Assembly (NCBI GenBank): GCA_047632435.1
Contig: JBLICU010000005.1
Coordinates: 15 to 64,014, forward strand
From: Cyclobacteriaceae bacterium
GTDB lineage: Bacteria > Bacteroidota > Bacteroidia > Cytophagales > Cyclobacteriaceae
Length of the DNA: 64,000 bases
Direction: 5' to 3'
The position numbers were made by a program, and so were the translations under genes. Positions 20,444-30,309 of this stretch are shown here, in pieces (position 1 is the first letter of the stretch; each line of letters starts with the position of its first letter). The notes beneath the pieces were generated by a model that was not told where the DNA came from, searched no databases, and saw nothing but the letters and a program-made list of their open reading frames with translations.

Positions 20444-22522
20444 TTAAGGCTTCATGATTCTGGTTGCGTAAACATGCTGGTCAATATCCAATGCATGAAT
20501 GATATATATCCCGGGATTCAAGAAGCTTAAATCCATTGATAACTGATTTGAATGAATATCTTTTAATTGGTAAACTATCGCACCTTTCATATCCACCACC
20601 TTAATTCCCACAAAGGCTTTGCCCGATTGAAGTTTGAGTGCTCCATTTATTACAGGGTTTGGGTAAATCCGTAATTCATCCATGGGCAAATCAAAATCTG
20701 CTTCCAGATTCTTAAATACTGCACCAGTACGCGATCCACTGGAAAGCTGATCTGTGACGTAATCCACCAATATATATGGCCTTACATGCTGATACGTCTG
20801 ATTCTCCTTACTGGTTACCTTGAGTTGTGACGTGGTTACAGCATTGTCCTTCAGACCTATGGAAACAATCGAATCACTCTCATATTCCTGATTCACAAGG
20901 CTTGTAGCAAAAACAGTGTAGCTCTTGTAGGAACTACCTTCCACAGGTAGTGTATAGAATTTATTGCTCATGGCCGGGCGATTATTCCAAGATAAACTTC
21001 CTTCTGCCCAGTCATCCGCGGCTCCATAGAAACCCACCTCAAAACTTTCATTGTCATTCACATAACCATTGATTTTCAGACTCGCGTCAACGATATAACC
21101 GTTAATCCCTTGTAGGTTGAATTTTAAATAGGTTCTTCGGGTGTAACCAGAAGTAGTGATTTCCTTGACCCGCAAAAGATCTTCTGTACCGAAGTTGGTA
21201 TCTCCAAAACTCCCATCCTGAACATGTGCATCCTCGGTAACCCAAATCGTGTCCTGCATGTACTGATAGCCATACTGCATTTCCAATACTTTGCTGGCAT
21301 ATCTTCTTCCCAGGATCCGCTGGCTTTCAGAATCAAAATGCGTACTATCAAAAGCCATTAAACCGAAGGACTCCACAATATCAGTGTTGGCAACAGAATC
21401 AGGTAACGTCCTAATTAACTTATTAAAATTGGAATTTTCAGGTCTTAGCTGACTGATTTGCCCTGCAATAAACGATAGGTTTGGCATGTCCAGTGTATCT
21501 CTAAAATCAGTGATTAAAGACTTCAACTTGGATAAGTAAGTCAGGGTATCATTCTTATTACTTTCTCCTTGGTGCCAAAGAATTCCTTTGAGTTGCGTAT
21601 TGGGAAGGGCTAGCGCTGCGCTGATACGGACATAAGCAGAATCAAAATAGCCCGCATTTGCACCTTTGAGCCATTCATTGATATTGGAACCCCCTCTCGC
21701 ATTCACAACCAGGCCTATGTCCTTGCCTGTCACCCTGTGCACCATTTCACCAAAAGTATAGGCATAACCCAATTTCTGGTGAACTAAATCTTTGCGTATT
21801 GTTGAATAAGCGTTCAATGGATTTTTAGCCGGAATCCAACTGTTTACATCATTCAAGAGATAAACATCGTTTAAAGAGACTGTATCCTGTGCTTCAATTT
21901 CGGCTCTTCCGGCTGTATTCGATTGACCAATGATAAAATAGACATCCTTTGTTGCCGACTCACCTTCCACCACCAAACGCGCTTTGTATTGACTTGAGCT
22001 ATTCTCTTTGCTATACAAAAAAACAGTTTTGACTAGCGAAAAATCATCCTTCAGCCCGACGGAGAACGACTTATTTCCCCCGTTCATTTCATCCTGTGCA
22101 GCCGATGTAACATCGAATTCAACCCATTGATCAGTTGTAGTAACTATTGCAGAATCTATGAAGGCATTGAAAGATGAAGCGTTGTTCCAGGTAAGGGTAG
22201 ACTCAGACCAAGTATCAGGATATACCTTGTATGCACTTACGGTCATCTCTTGTTGGGCACTCCCATAGACCAATAACTTTGCTGAGGAAATAGCCCTATA
22301 AGCTCCCAAATCAAATTGCAAATAAGTCCTACGGGTGTAGGAAGCATTATTACTTTCCTTGATCTCCATCTTAATTGCGTCTCCATGGTTGTCATTGCTA
22401 TAGGAACCTCCACGGATATGCGCGTCCTGATCAATATAAAGCGTATCAGTGACCATACTGAAAACTATATTTGCAATAAAAGCAAAAACACTAAAAAGCA
22501 ATATTCTAAATAGTAGATTCAC
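20444..22522 (-). CDS. DNRLRE - SASA/CE6-like acetylesterase - DNRLRE - T9SS CTD
   Basis: SGNH-type GQSN (catalytic Ser), WHQGESN and DSTH (DxxH), flanked by two DNRLRE modules. CTD IYPNPV...PGIYII. GTG start. Confidence 0.85.
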   Translation of the reverse strand: MNLLFRILLFSVFAFIANIVFSMVTDTLYIDQDAHIRGGSYSNDNHGDAIKMEIKESNNASYTRRTYLQFDLGAYRAISSAKLLVYGSAQQEMTVSAYKVYPDTWSESTLTWNNASSFNAFIDSAIVTTTDQWVEFDVTSAAQDEMNGGNKSFSVGLKDDFSLVKTVFLYSKENSSSQYKARLVVEGESATKDVYFIIGQSNTAGRAEIEAQDTVSLNDVYLLNDVNSWIPAKNPLNAYSTIRKDLVHQKLGYAYTFGEMVHRVTGKDIGLVVNARGGSNINEWLKGANAGYFDSAYVRISAALALPNTQLKGILWHQGESNKNDTLTYLSKLKSLITDFRDTLDMPNLSFIAGQISQLRPENSNFNKLIRTLPDSVANTDIVESFGLMAFDSTHFDSESQRILGRRYASKVLEMQYGYQYMQDTIWVTEDAHVQDGSFGDTNFGTEDLLRVKEITTSGYTRRTYLKFNLQGINGYIVDASLKINGYVNDNESFEVGFYGAADDWAEGSLSWNNRPAMSNKFYTLPVEGSSYKSYTVFATSLVNQEYESDSIVSIGLKDNAVTTSQLKVTSKENQTYQHVRPYILVDYVTDQLSSGSRTGAVFKNLEADFDLPMDELRIYPNPVINGALKLQSGKAFVGIKVVDMKGAIVYQLKDIHSNQLSMDLSFLNPGIYIIHALDIDQHVYATRIMKP

Positions 22523-22538
22523 ATTGTTCGTTTAATGG

Positions 22539-24185
22539 TTAGAAATTAATTCCAATATTGAGGCTGTCCGCATGAATGCGCTTACCCTCGTAATCTTTGG
22601 TTGGCATCTTAATCAATTCAATCCCTGTATTTCGTAAAAGGGAATTTTCAGATGGCACATAGCCATCATTATCTGATTTGAATAGTTCACGCACATCAAC
22701 AATATTAGCATCTCTCGATGGCCATGACCGTACCGGCTTGTTCGCAATCACATTGTTTTCAAAGTGGTTTTCAGTACTTTCAGTCATCTGGAGATAGGTA
22801 CCCACCCCATCATTAATAATAACGTTATTATAATAGGTGGACTTAGATGGATAGCCGCCCCAGTTTTTATGATAAACTGCTGCGCGACCTTTCTGCTTCG
22901 AGCCAATTTTAAAAATATTATTATGAACCCATGTGTTCGTTGCATTTCCAGAAATCTTAAATGAGTAGTCCAATCTACCATCTGAAGTATCTCTTGTGAT
23001 GCCATCATTTTCAAAAATATTGAATCTGACAATTGTTCCTTCATTGAACCCTCCAAAGCTCCTTTGACCGCCTGTAACGAGTGGCCCAAAATCATTGTCA
23101 TGAATATAATTGTATTGCATGATGGTCCACTTCGTCCGAAAATCACTGTCAATACCACCGGCATCATGGTCACCAATGTTGTATTTTGTAAATCGACCTT
23201 CATTATATTGAAGCAAAGCACTATCAGTGTTAAATACAAAAAAAGCATTGCCACTCTCCTTTATGGCACAGTGATCGAAAAGGTTATTTTCAATTATTGG
23301 TTTGTCAGCCACACGGAGTATCAGTGCATTCGCACCTGTTCGTTCAAACCGGCAATTTCTAACTATATAACCCAGCGATGGAGTCCAATTATCAATAGAA
23401 TCAAGCGTGCGATTTTCATAGTAAGATGAATTTGAAATTCCAGTTCTGTCAACATCATGTATGTAACAGCTGTCAAATACCAATCCATCAAAATAGGTTG
23501 GTTTTTCAGATTCCGAACCTAGAATTTCAAGAAAAATACCCCCATTATTTTTGGTTCGAATGTCCCCATTTATTCCGTGAATATATAGGTTATTATAAGT
23601 TAGGTTGTGAATAGCACCATAGTTTCTGGCTTGTACGAGAATTGCGCTTTTTCTTTTTCTGGGTTGTTGATACTGTTTTGGGTGATAATAATTAGCAAAG
23701 CTGTCAATATTATGTTGCTCCCATTTCGTGAGCGTGATTCCTTCCTCTTGCTGATCATAGTTGGTGATTTCAAGATCTCTTATTGCCCAATATTCCTGGT
23801 TGTAAAGGAATAGCGTACAGAAATGCTCATCTTCAGCTTCCGGAGTACAGTTGTAAGCGCCTTGCCCCTGTATTTTAGGGGCTTTCCCTTCGCCATATTT
23901 ACCCATTGTTATAGGTTTATTTGGAGCGCCTGATCCTTTTGGCAACAATGTCCCTGACCATTCACAACCAGCCTTGAAGAGCAGCTTATCACCAGGCTCG
24001 AAAGTAACCTGATTTACCCGCTCAAGTGATTGCCATGCTTCGGCAGCACTCGTGCCTTCATTAAGATCTGAACCTGATTCACAGTCAACATAATAGCTAA
24101 TGACTGTCACTTCCTGACAGGAAAATAGACATATCACGGCAGCTACTAAATAGCATAATCGAACATATAAAAAAGAACCAGTCAT
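22539..24185 (-). CDS. Lipoprotein right-handed beta-helix enzyme (paralogue 3)
   Basis: LFSC lipobox, YYVDCESGSD...PGDKLLFK and DAGGIDSD. No CTD. Confidence 0.85.
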   Translation of the reverse strand: MTGSFLYVRLCYLVAAVICLFSCQEVTVISYYVDCESGSDLNEGTSAAEAWQSLERVNQVTFEPGDKLLFKAGCEWSGTLLPKGSGAPNKPITMGKYGEGKAPKIQGQGAYNCTPEAEDEHFCTLFLYNQEYWAIRDLEITNYDQQEEGITLTKWEQHNIDSFANYYHPKQYQQPRKRKSAILVQARNYGAIHNLTYNNLYIHGINGDIRTKNNGGIFLEILGSESEKPTYFDGLVFDSCYIHDVDRTGISNSSYYENRTLDSIDNWTPSLGYIVRNCRFERTGANALILRVADKPIIENNLFDHCAIKESGNAFFVFNTDSALLQYNEGRFTKYNIGDHDAGGIDSDFRTKWTIMQYNYIHDNDFGPLVTGGQRSFGGFNEGTIVRFNIFENDGITRDTSDGRLDYSFKISGNATNTWVHNNIFKIGSKQKGRAAVYHKNWGGYPSKSTYYNNVIINDGVGTYLQMTESTENHFENNVIANKPVRSWPSRDANIVDVRELFKSDNDGYVPSENSLLRNTGIELIKMPTKDYEGKRIHADSLNIGINF

Positions 24186-24223
24186 ACTTTAAAGGAAATA
24201 ATTTAAAAGGATTTAAATATTAG

Positions 24224-24253
24224 AGAAGTGAGATGATCCCTCATCTCACTTCT
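24224..24253. terminator. Intra-operonic hairpin (attenuator or mRNA-stability element)
   Basis: AGAAGTGAGATGA-TCCC-TCATCTCACTTCT with perfect 13-bp arms, between the surface lipoprotein gene and the enzyme genes. Confidence 0.6.
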
Positions 24254-24266
24254 TTCTAATTGTTTA

Positions 24267-25280
24267 TTAACGCGCAGCAATACTTACTTCATCCACAGCT
24301 ATACCTCTAGAATAAGTCCCCTCAGGAAGGTCTGCTTCTATTTTGAATTTCAAATTTCCATCTATATCAGCAGTTCCATTGATTGTATACATCGTATAAA
24401 TACCACTATCACCGGTTCCATCAGTGAATGCATTATCCATTGTGTCTCCACCGGTAAAACTCGCATCCAATCCTCTTTCTGAGCTACCATGGAGTCTCAG
24501 CCAATACGTAACAGTGGCTGGCTGACCTGCTTCCAATCCACTTACAGCAATTTCAACTGAAGTACCCGGGCCTTGCACAGAAAATGCATTTCCACAATTT
24601 CCATCTGTATCGTCATTATTATCAGCATCTGCTACACCGTCTGAGGCTGTGTCTGTGCACATTGCTCTTTGAGATTGTACCCTTGCACCAATGTCTGTAT
24701 TAGTGTCATCTCCATCATTATAATGCGTAATGGCATAAGCCACAGTCAATCCTTCCATGACAGTACCGGCAGACTCTAAATCTTCTACGAACAGCTCGCT
24801 TCCATGTCCACCATCACCTGACGTACTGGATTTGCCCATTTCAAAGCCACTGGAATATATTACAGTACCTGCATCAAGGAAAGTAATAGGCACTGCAGTA
24901 ACATTGGCGGTAACATCAATGATTTCAGTCAAATCGCCAGATGATACGGTGATTTCTCCAGTAACTGCACCAAGAGTTGCTTCCAGACTTGGCGCAAAAG
25001 TAAGAGTAACCGTGTTCAAGGCATTCGCAATAGGAAATACCGTTTGACTTAAACTGAAACCTTTTCCCGTTACGGATAGCGTTACAGTTCCAGTTATATT
25101 CTCACCCGTCACAGTAAACTCTTTCGTAGCAGTAACCCCAGCTTGTACATCTCCAAAAGCTAAGGATGAAGCGCTTAAGGTTACTACGGGATCTGGAGCG
25201 GGCTCATCTTCGCTGCATGAGATAAATCCTATGCAAGAAATAAAAAGGATAATGAGTAAATAGTTTTTAGAAGATTTCAT
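24267..25280 (-). CDS. Surface lipoprotein, candidate glycan-binding protein (SGBP)
   Basis: FISC lipobox followed by acidic residues, an Ig-like beta domain and a C-terminal beta-sandwich with a Cys-flanked Asp-rich loop. Lies directly downstream of susD. Confidence 0.7.
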   Translation of the reverse strand: MKSSKNYLLIILFISCIGFISCSEDEPAPDPVVTLSASSLAFGDVQAGVTATKEFTVTGENITGTVTLSVTGKGFSLSQTVFPIANALNTVTLTFAPSLEATLGAVTGEITVSSGDLTEIIDVTANVTAVPITFLDAGTVIYSSGFEMGKSSTSGDGGHGSELFVEDLESAGTVMEGLTVAYAITHYNDGDDTNTDIGARVQSQRAMCTDTASDGVADADNNDDTDGNCGNAFSVQGPGTSVEIAVSGLEAGQPATVTYWLRLHGSSERGLDASFTGGDTMDNAFTDGTGDSGIYTMYTINGTADIDGNLKFKIEADLPEGTYSRGIAVDEVSIAAR

Positions 25281-25359
25281 AATTTAAAGTTGTTTAGTTT
25301 GTACATATTAGTTTAATAAAATATCTAGTTTACTGGGCATGTATTTAATTCAAGAGGTT

Positions 25360-27024
25360 TTAATAACTAGGGTTATTACTTATTTTGAAATCAAGATTTG
25401 CATCAATAAAAGATTGCGGAATCGGAAATAGCTTATCTCTTTCTATCATTTTTCCAGATGCATTTACATTGTACAGATTGGTTCTTTCAATCCATTTATT
25501 ATTTCTGAGTAGCGTGTATCTCCTATGCTCTTCCGAAAAAAGCTCCCGAGCTCGCTCATCTAAAATAAGATCAATGTCAATTTCTGCCGGAGTTACTTGA
25601 GTTGCATTGGCACGATTTCTTAATTCATTGATATAGAATGCAGCATTGTTAGGGTCACTATTTTTGAAATACGCCTCTGCCAATAAGAGATAAGTATCAG
25701 CAAGCCTTAGATAAATCTGATCATTAAAAGCTCTGCTTTCGCTTGGATCAACCACATGTGACCAATCCCACTTACGAGTGTAGGGTCTAATTCTATCTCC
25801 AAGAGGATCCTCCGGGGTGAAGTCCAGCCATAATGTATCACCGACACTTCCAGCTGTGGATGGATCTTCTTCGCTCACTACAAAATAAGTCCGCCAGCTA
25901 AACTCATCGCCCCTATCATCTATCACCACCCCATTGTTATCCCGATAAAGATCAAACACAAACTTGGTGGCTGAAAGACGAGTATTTCCTCTACCACCTC
26001 GATCTATGGTGACAGCCAACCCAGGAGCTCCGCCACTAGAACTGCTATACTCACTCATGAACCATCGTCTCATGATATTGTGCCCTTGTCCTCCTTCCAC
26101 TTCATATTCATTTTGTAGCACCCACAAGGCTTCTGTATTACCCTCACTCGGATTGGAATTGCCGCTCAGAAACATATCACTATAAGGAGTTCCTGGAAAC
26201 GAAGAATTTACACCATATCTATTAGTTACAAGTGAGCGAGAACCTCCTATGGCTTCAAGTGCTAATGAAATAGCCGCAGAATACTCCTCCTCGATTATCA
26301 ACAATTCAGTTAAATAGTGCTGAGCCACAGCTTTGATAATCTTACCATCATTTAAATGAACTTCTGGTAAGTGCATGACCGCAAATTCTAAATCCTCTTT
26401 TATAAATTCTCGAATATCAGCAACAGATGTTCGTTCCCAGTCAAGACGAACATTTTCACCCGTAGATTCCTCCTTGACCAAAGGCACATCACCATATAGA
26501 AAGGTAAGATGACGGTACGCCCACGCTCTCATGGTTTTGGCTTCACCTGAAATTCTATTCAAAGTACTTTCATCAATACCTCCTCCTCCAAATTGATCTG
26601 CTCTATTGATTATGGTGTTGGAAGCATTGATAATTTCATATAACCAATTCCATGTCCCACTGAAGTATCCTTGAGCAGCATTTCCCAATACTTGCTCTCC
26701 CCAATCATTGAGGAAAAGTTCAGCATTCCATGGTCGGTTGCCGTAGATGATGTCCGTTCCAGCCATCATCATTGCACATGTCAGGTTATTACTATTGCCA
26801 GTAGGGTTACTATTACTTGGTAGTCCGGCTCGTTCAACACGTGCCAGCGCATAGAGGCCATTTAGTCCTGCATCAAACCCCACCTCATCTACATAGAGAT
26901 TATCAGGTGCTATGACATGAGGGATTTCTTGATCTAAGAATTGGTCTTGACATGACACACTAACCAAGATGGTAACTGCCAAAATGAATGTTTTGATTAT
27001 GTAATGTTGGGGTTGCTTTTTCAT
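25360..27024 (-). CDS. susD: SusD/RagB-family glycan-binding lipoprotein
   Basis: SVSC lipobox, GEAKTMRAWAY..L...YGDVP, YLRLADTYLLLAEA and DERARELFSEEHR...L.R. Confidence 0.93.
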   Translation of the reverse strand: MKKQPQHYIIKTFILAVTILVSVSCQDQFLDQEIPHVIAPDNLYVDEVGFDAGLNGLYALARVERAGLPSNSNPTGNSNNLTCAMMMAGTDIIYGNRPWNAELFLNDWGEQVLGNAAQGYFSGTWNWLYEIINASNTIINRADQFGGGGIDESTLNRISGEAKTMRAWAYRHLTFLYGDVPLVKEESTGENVRLDWERTSVADIREFIKEDLEFAVMHLPEVHLNDGKIIKAVAQHYLTELLIIEEEYSAAISLALEAIGGSRSLVTNRYGVNSSFPGTPYSDMFLSGNSNPSEGNTEALWVLQNEYEVEGGQGHNIMRRWFMSEYSSSSGGAPGLAVTIDRGGRGNTRLSATKFVFDLYRDNNGVVIDDRGDEFSWRTYFVVSEEDPSTAGSVGDTLWLDFTPEDPLGDRIRPYTRKWDWSHVVDPSESRAFNDQIYLRLADTYLLLAEAYFKNSDPNNAAFYINELRNRANATQVTPAEIDIDLILDERARELFSEEHRRYTLLRNNKWIERTNLYNVNASGKMIERDKLFPIPQSFIDANLDFKISNNPSY

Positions 27025-29969
27025 TATAGGCTGAAGTTTAATCCGAAAACAATTTCCTTTTGCAATGGCACTGATCGTTGGCTACTTAACTCTGGATCTA
27101 GTCCTGTCCAATCTGTTATTGTGATTAGATTTCTTAATGTCGTATAAACTCGTAATCCAGAAATACCTGTCTTACCAAGCAAGGAATCATTAAAAGTGTA
27201 GGATAATGTAATGTCCTTGACTCTCATAAAATCTGCACTTTGATAGAATCCGACATTATAGATATTAGCTTGGGGATGATTTCTGTGAAAGGTTTTAATA
27301 GGATCTTCTTGAGTCCAATAGTCTAATACAAACCAGTTTCGCTTTACACCACCATAGACGTTTTCATCGTAAATGGTATTTCTCTTGGTTACTCCTTCTA
27401 CACCATGTATGAAAACATACAATGAAAAGCCTTTATACTTTAACGTATTAGTAAGTCCCCAGGTAGTTTTTGGGTCTCGCTGACCTTGAATAGCTCGGTC
27501 ATGTTCTGAAGATATTCCAAGGACTGGATTACCATCTGTATCAATTGGGTTGTCAATATCTTTTACTTTCACATCACCTGGATGAGCATTAGGTTGAGCA
27601 CTCTCTGTTGCATCTTCACCCTCTTGCCAGATTCCATCAAACACCAAACTATAATTTGATCTTATAGGCTTTCCAATGAATAATCCATTTCCGATATCGT
27701 CTTGATTTTTCCCGAATAGGGAAACAATCTCATTACGGTTGAAGGACATATTTCCTGCAATATTCCAGGTGAAATCCTTTTTATTTATCGCAAATCCTGA
27801 GGTAGATAGCTCAATACCTTCATTCTGAACTTTACCAATATTCTGAGTGATCTCTGTAATCCCATGGACGGAAGGGATGAGTCTATCCAGCAGCAAATCT
27901 GATGTGCTGGCTCTATAAATATCTGCTGAAAACTGAACACGATCAGAGATGAGTCCTAGATCTAAACCAAAATTGAGGGTTGCCGTTTTCTCCCAACTCA
28001 ATTCATTATTAGCTAATTGATTTGGTACAAACCCCGGTGCAGTTTGACTTCCATTTAAATAAGAGCGATCGCTCAAGCGGGCTAAATTATCATAAGGTCC
28101 CACTGCCTGATTGCCATTCTCTCCGTAAGAGATTCTGAATTTAGCTTTGCTCACGAAACTAGTAGGGAAAAAAGCTTCATCTCCTATATTCCAACCTACT
28201 GCTACTGACGGGAAAATTCCGTACTTGTTTTCATCTCCGAAACCTGAAAACCCATCTCGTCTTACAGTCATGGTTACCATGTATTTATCAGCATAGCCAT
28301 AATTGACCCTAGCCATTTGAGATAGAAGTGTTGTTTGGGTGAAACTGCTTGATGGACTTATTCCTACTGCTAGATGATTTTGATAGTAGGTAAGTAAGTC
28401 ACTTGGGAAACCTACTGCATCTACTCCGTTATCTTCTGATTTGATCTTTTGAGCACTGTAAAGCCCCGTGAATCCGATAGAGTGCTTCCCAAATGTAGCA
28501 GAGTAGTTTAAGATATTTTCTAGCAAAAAGTTTTCATCTGATTGATTGCTCACCTGTGCATCCCCTCCTGATGTAAAACCTCTAGCTGTATTCCTTCCCC
28601 AGTAGGTACCAATCTTTCTTGCACCCACTTCTATACCAGTATTAATCTTGTAGGACAACCCTTCAAGAAAAGGAAATGAATACATTAGGTAATTGGTTGT
28701 GAAAATTTTATTATTTATATCGTCATTCACCGCTAGCGTGGGTGCCAACGCGTTTTCGAAAAACTGATCCTCTGGCCAAGGGAAGATGGTAGGGCTACCA
28801 TCACTATCATATGCTGAACTCAGAGGATTGAGAAAATAAGCTCCAGCAGCTTCTCCCCCAAAGTCTGGATCTAAACCAGACCTATCAATTCTGGAAAGCT
28901 GAGTAGAAGTACCGAATTTCAGATCCTTGGTAATATCAAAACTGAGATTAACTCTCAACGATACTCGATTAAAGTTATCATTAATAGCTACACCCTGAGC
29001 ATCCAGATAACCCATGGACACATAATATTTGGCATTATCAGTCGCACCAGAAACTGACAAATTATGCTCTTGCTTAACTCCTGTCTGTGTAGCGAGAGAA
29101 AGCCAATCAGTGCCTTTACCTTGGGCAAGTAGATCAAGCTCTGATGGAGTGAGCTCACCTGGCTCCCTTGTTTCTTTGAATGCGGCAAAGCCAGGTCCAT
29201 CATATACGGCTGGAACATTGCCAATATCGGAGATACCAATATATCCACTATAGGTGATTTTAGGCTGACCTTTTGTGCCTTCTTTTGTTTGAATTAAAAT
29301 CACACCATTAGCTCCTCTCGATCCATAAATTGCTGTTGCAGATGCGTCTTTCAAGACAGTCATATTTTTAATATCTGACGTATTGATATCAGAAATACTA
29401 CCCGCATAAGGCACGCCATCAAGAACGATTAGAGGGGAGTTGGAAGCATTGATTGAGTTCCTACCTCTAATCAAAATGCTTACATCATTTTGCTCGGCAC
29501 TAGAGGAATTAAGTGTTATGTTAACTCCAGGCAAAGCACCTTGAAGCGCTTGGCTAAAATTGGTGTTTGGCTTGGCATCTATTCTATTCACATCAATCGA
29601 TGCTACCGAACCTGTTAAATCACTTTTCTTTTGAGACCCATATCCTACAACAACAATTTCTTCAAGTGCGTGAATGTCATCTGGAAGCACAAAATTGATT
29701 AAGGATCTTCCACCCACCTTTGCTGTTTTACTTTCAAAACCTACAAAGGAGGCTATAAGGTTTGCTTCGGGATTCACCATAATTTGGTAATTTCCATTCA
29801 CATCTGTTACAGTTCCATTATTTGCACCAACTTCTTGAATGGTGGCCCCAGGTAATGGCTCACCGTTTGAATCTTTAACAACTCCTGTCAATTGAATTGA
29901 AGAATTCTGTGCATTTAGGTTTGTCAATATGACGAATAAAAAAATAATTTGCGTAAGGTATCTCCTCAT
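27024..29969 (-). CDS. susC: SusC/RagA TonB-dependent transporter
   Basis: CarboxypepD-like N-terminus, EEIVVVGYG, LKDASATAIYGSRGANGVILI, WEKT and C-terminal GLNFSL. Confidence 0.96.
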   Translation of the reverse strand: MRRYLTQIIFLFVILTNLNAQNSSIQLTGVVKDSNGEPLPGATIQEVGANNGTVTDVNGNYQIMVNPEANLIASFVGFESKTAKVGGRSLINFVLPDDIHALEEIVVVGYGSQKKSDLTGSVASIDVNRIDAKPNTNFSQALQGALPGVNITLNSSSAEQNDVSILIRGRNSINASNSPLIVLDGVPYAGSISDINTSDIKNMTVLKDASATAIYGSRGANGVILIQTKEGTKGQPKITYSGYIGISDIGNVPAVYDGPGFAAFKETREPGELTPSELDLLAQGKGTDWLSLATQTGVKQEHNLSVSGATDNAKYYVSMGYLDAQGVAINDNFNRVSLRVNLSFDITKDLKFGTSTQLSRIDRSGLDPDFGGEAAGAYFLNPLSSAYDSDGSPTIFPWPEDQFFENALAPTLAVNDDINNKIFTTNYLMYSFPFLEGLSYKINTGIEVGARKIGTYWGRNTARGFTSGGDAQVSNQSDENFLLENILNYSATFGKHSIGFTGLYSAQKIKSEDNGVDAVGFPSDLLTYYQNHLAVGISPSSSFTQTTLLSQMARVNYGYADKYMVTMTVRRDGFSGFGDENKYGIFPSVAVGWNIGDEAFFPTSFVSKAKFRISYGENGNQAVGPYDNLARLSDRSYLNGSQTAPGFVPNQLANNELSWEKTATLNFGLDLGLISDRVQFSADIYRASTSDLLLDRLIPSVHGITEITQNIGKVQNEGIELSTSGFAINKKDFTWNIAGNMSFNRNEIVSLFGKNQDDIGNGLFIGKPIRSNYSLVFDGIWQEGEDATESAQPNAHPGDVKVKDIDNPIDTDGNPVLGISSEHDRAIQGQRDPKTTWGLTNTLKYKGFSLYVFIHGVEGVTKRNTIYDENVYGGVKRNWFVLDYWTQEDPIKTFHRNHPQANIYNVGFYQSADFMRVKDITLSYTFNDSLLGKTGISGLRVYTTLRNLITITDWTGLDPELSSQRSVPLQKEIVFGLNFSL

Positions 29970-30120
29970 ATAGGGGTTGTTTTAATTAAATTGATTCAGT
30001 ACAAATAAATCACAAACAAAATCATGGTCAACAAAAGAGCGCCAATTACAAAAAGTCTGAATGGTAATTTCATATGGCTATGATAGCCTAATTAAATATT
30101 TCTCCTCACAGGAGCTGGAT

Positions 30121-30175
30121 TCATTTTAACCTGACTACCGATACTTACGCATTTTCCATGTATCATTTTAACCTG
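30121..30175. promoter_or_regulatory. 13-bp direct repeat, candidate HTCS operator
   Basis: TCATTTTAACCTG at 30121-30133 and 30163-30175 (42-bp period), in the divergent susC/HTCS intergenic region. Confidence 0.55.
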
Positions 30176-30236
30176 CCAAATGTTTCATCACAGCCTAAAA
30201 GCTTGAATTTGTATCCTTCAATGGTTTTGGTTACCA

Positions 30237-30244
30237 TATTTTTG
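30237..30244 (+). promoter_or_regulatory. sigmaA -7 element upstream of the HTCS
   Basis: TATTTTTG exactly matches TAnnTTTG. Confidence 0.4.
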
Positions 30245-30309
30245 CTACTATATAATTTAATTCAAAATATATCAAAATGACGTTTCGAATTCCATGTAAT
30301 ATTAACTAA

